Assembly: GCF_001447785.1 (NCBI RefSeq)
Contig: NW_015163604.1
Span: forward strand, 1,961,613 to 2,025,285
DNA from: Gekko japonicus
Taxonomy: Eukaryota
Direction of reading: 5' to 3'
DNA: 63,673 bases
Below are positions 61,054 to 63,673 of this stretch, piece by piece; position 1 is the first letter of the stretch; every line of letters begins with the position of its first letter. A program made the translations under genes and the position numbers. The notes under the pieces were generated by a model. That model was not told the DNA's origin. It saw only the letters and a list, made by a program, of their open reading frames with translations, and searched no databases.

Positions 61054-61499
61054 CTAAAATTCAGAGTGAAAAAAGAGACATATTTCAAAGTGATTTTATG
61101 TTTCTATAGAGGCCTTCAGGGCATCTGGAAATATAGCTGATCAATACTACAGCCAACTTTGACCAAAACTCAAAAGCACCCCAAGGTCTATAAAGCAGGT
61201 ATATGTACCTTTACAAAAGCAACACAAAGTCTATCTAGGGAGAAGCTCCACTGAGCTCAGTGGTACTTATTCTCTACTTGATATGCTTGGGATTGTAGAC
61301 TTTTGAATGGAATATAGGGAAGAAACAGTATAAGAATGCTGAGGGAAATCTTTGGAAACACCCTGAACTAAGCTTAATTAAAACAAGAACAAGATAACTA
61401 TTAAACAATTCAATTTACGTTTTCGACTTTTCAACTGAAATTCCCATGCAATTTTAATAATGTCTTTTAAGCCAAACTCTAAAACAGCTTCTATCCAGA

Positions 61500-61705
61500 C
61501 AAGAGCGTGAGTCCAATAGCACCTTAAAGGCTAACAAAATTTGTGGCAGGGTATGAGGTTTCATGCGTATTTGAAGTAGTGAGCAGTGACTCACGAAACC
61601 TCATACCCTGCCACAAATTGTGTTAAGTCTTTAAGGTGCTACTGGACTCTTGCTCTTTTCTACTGCTACAGATGGACTAACACGGCTACCTATCTTGATC
61701 TATCC
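61500..61705. mobile_element. Penelope-like palindrome with decayed hammerhead (61567-61606)
   Basis: Inverted arms; gtat-TTGAAGT-agtgagcagtgactcac-GAAA-cc-tc-atac. Confidence 0.8.
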
Positions 61706-61860
61706 AGACAAGAGATAGCATGTGCAGAGTGGAGTTTTGGACCACCTGTACCTAGCACAACTTGCCTTTTAACAGAAAACTTTTGTAAGCACGTGGCTTA
61801 TACTGCTTATAGCACAAGAGGCAACCATCCCGCTTTGATGGGTCAATCTTGTGAATATAC

Positions 61861-61989
61861 CTTCTGTCTGACTTGAACCACTGCTTTCCAAAAGTCCTTA
61901 GCTTCAACTCGATGGCAGTCATCGCACATTTGAGAATGAACAACATACTCTATCACAAAGACTTGTTGAAGAATTGCACCGTTCATTAC
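61861..61989 (-). CDS. NMD3: NMD3 exon 2 of 12 (VMNGAILQQVFVIEYVVHSQMCDDCHRVEAKDFWKAVVQVRQK)
   Basis: 129 nt, cctag| ... |gtatat; contains a Zn-binding CxxC. Confidence 0.97.
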
Positions 61990-62497
61990 CTAGGAAAGAA
62001 AAAAGCACAACAGTAAGTCTTCCCTGCTAAACTGCTTCCAGGAGTGGCTTTTTCTGGTTTATCTTCCCACCACCACCACCCTGAAACTGTTTGCATACTA
62101 CATGGTGCGCATTATCTGAAGGACCATTTATTCCCTATGAATTCACTTATACTTTTATTTCAGAGTCCATGTTTCATAGATTGGAAATAAGGCCTACTTA
62201 GTAGTGACACTCTGTGATTCCCCAGGGACATTCATAAGTCAACCACTTTGCCAGCTTCTAGCTTGAAAAAAGTTTTATTCTTTCGGACGGATATATTTTT
62301 GATGCATCTTCTGTTTTTATCATTTGCTTAATGCCAGCCTGGTAACAACATACTCCTGTATTTTTCTGCTCTGTTCACCTTTAAGGTGCCACTGGACTTC
62401 TGTTTTATTTTTCTGCAACAGACCAACACGGCTATGCCTGAAATTATTTTCCTGCTAAAAATGCAGGTTTACAAAAACTGCTTTCAAGTTTACTCAC

Positions 62498-62578
62498 CTC
62501 TTTTTGCACAGTCAACTTTACTTTAAGTCTTTTGGAGTGTGGTTCAGTCCATACAAATCCGGCTTCGATTAACCGTAC
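62498..62578 (-). CDS. NMD3: NMD3 coding exon 1 of 12 in window (VRLIEAGFVWTEPHSKRLKVKLTVQKE)
   Basis: 81 nt, ttccag| ... |gtgagt; near-identical to the vertebrate NMD3 60S export adaptor. Confidence 0.97.
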
Positions 62579-62739
62579 CTGGAAATAGTAAGTGTGATTA
62601 TTCACCTTGCTCAAACTTAAGACCAGCAAAAGAAATAGCTGCGTGCTACTGCCTTAAGCATCCATGCTCAAGTAACTTTAACACAAAGTATGAAAATATA
62701 AAGATATTCACAAGGCATTCACTTCGTTTCAGAGGACAG

Positions 62740-62925
62740 CCGTGTTGTTTTACAGTGGAACAGCTAGAATTGAGTTCAGTAGCCCCCTAGAGACCAACAA
62801 GATTTTGGGGTATAAGCTCCCAAGAGTCAAGGCTTCTGACAAAAGGGAACTCTGACTCTCAAAAGCTTATACCCAAAAGATCTTGTTGTAATCCAAGGTC
62901 CTACTAAACTTGAATCCAGCTGTAC
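62740..62925. mobile_element. Older Penelope-like palindrome
   Basis: cagctagaattgagttcagtag...ctactaaacttgaatccagctg; relatives at about 11667-11740, 35750-35900 and 62375-62440. Confidence 0.65.
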
Positions 62926-63206
62926 TCACTTAATATTTTAGGAAATACATACATCATATACAGAAAAAACCAAACATAATGACCATAATCGTTTAGTGAC
63001 TGGAAACATTAACTTTTTTCCTTCCTAAAGCACAGCCACAAACTGCTTCCAAAGTAACACCCATGCAGTGCTGTGATGCCCTTCGAAAAACCTTCTAGGC
63101 CCAAATGAAAAGTACATACTGCATCACATCTAACACTGGCCTGTATCAATTTGAACTTCTAAAGGAAAAGTGTATCTGGCAAATACATACAGGACACTTT
63201 TGCTTG

Positions 63207-63673
63207 TGTAATGTATTCAGCCTGACATGCCCGGACTTGCCCGGGCTGGCCAGGCACAACTCTTCAATAGCTTCATGTCCAAAGACAATGGGTCCGTAGG
63301 ATCCTAGCCGGCCCAATTAAAGGGCCAGCTTCTCAGCCGGGAGACCAATGGTCGCCCGGTTACTGTAAATAGCCTATCGGGAGTAGGGGGTGTGTTTAGG
63401 TGTACTTGGTGGCGGGTTTTCTGAACATATATAACCAGCCTGCGAGCTGGTCCCTTCGTCTTTGTCCTGAACTAAATAAAGGTATGCTTAGCTGAAATCA
63501 CTCTCCGTCTGCATACTTTTCACTGGCGACGAAGGTGGGATTCACGACCCCATGAACAAAGACCCGGACGCCAACGCGAGCACCGCACCGAGCCCCGACG
63601 CCGAGACCTCCGGGAACCGCGCCGCTTCGCTTCCCAGCTCTCCGGCAACCGCTCATCGCGCAGCTCCCGGCTC
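63207..63673 (+). mobile_element. 5' LTR, PBS and gag start of an LTR retrotransposon (Gypsy-like), antisense in an NMD3 intron
   Basis: TG...CA LTR (start 63207, alternatively 63106; end 63522), TATATAA 63428-63434, AATAAA 63475-63480, PBS TGGCGACGAAGGTGGGATTC 63524-63543, ATG 63552 open to the window end; CpG-rich. Confidence 0.88.

Noticed and set aside
1-63673. CRISPR arrays or prokaryotic systems
   Set aside because: The sequence is intron-containing vertebrate DNA, and no regularly spaced repeat-spacer array was seen.

Overview
Vertebrate genomic DNA from a squamate reptile, probably a gecko (Sauria-type, Squam3-like and 5S-derived SINEs; CR1, L2, BovB, Rex1 and Penelope repeats). It comes from a gapped assembly, with N-runs at 15985-16691, about 37516-37531 and 59764-59926. 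Two convergent genes are present, in the arrangement known from other amniotes. (1) A serine palmitoyltransferase small subunit B-like gene (SPTSSB, +, 73-aa CDS 34325-34546). (2) The last 12 coding exons of NMD3 (-, 62578 down to the stop at 41855; 412 aa, all GT-AG, phases consistent); its 5' exons lie beyond the window end. The rest is mostly transposon-derived, often nested: a near full-length Rex1/Babar LINE, a gap-collapsed CR1, many L2 3' ends, hAT MITEs with 8-bp TSDs, Harbinger-like MITEs, Helitron ends, palindromic Penelope termini with minimal hammerhead ribozyme motifs, and a young LTR element with a tRNA-Ser primer site at the right edge. Four observations stand out. The SPTSSB-like protein has Asp at the residue that sets acyl-CoA chain-length preference (Val/Met in mammals) and is unusually divergent. 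Penelope hammerhead palindromes show substitutions shared by both arms but private to each copy. An NMD3 exon has a duplicated, out-of-frame acceptor 50 nt upstream. A hAT MITE family carries repeated POU/KLF-like motifs around variable cargo. Repeat family names and protein comparisons rest on recognition from memory, not on database searches.
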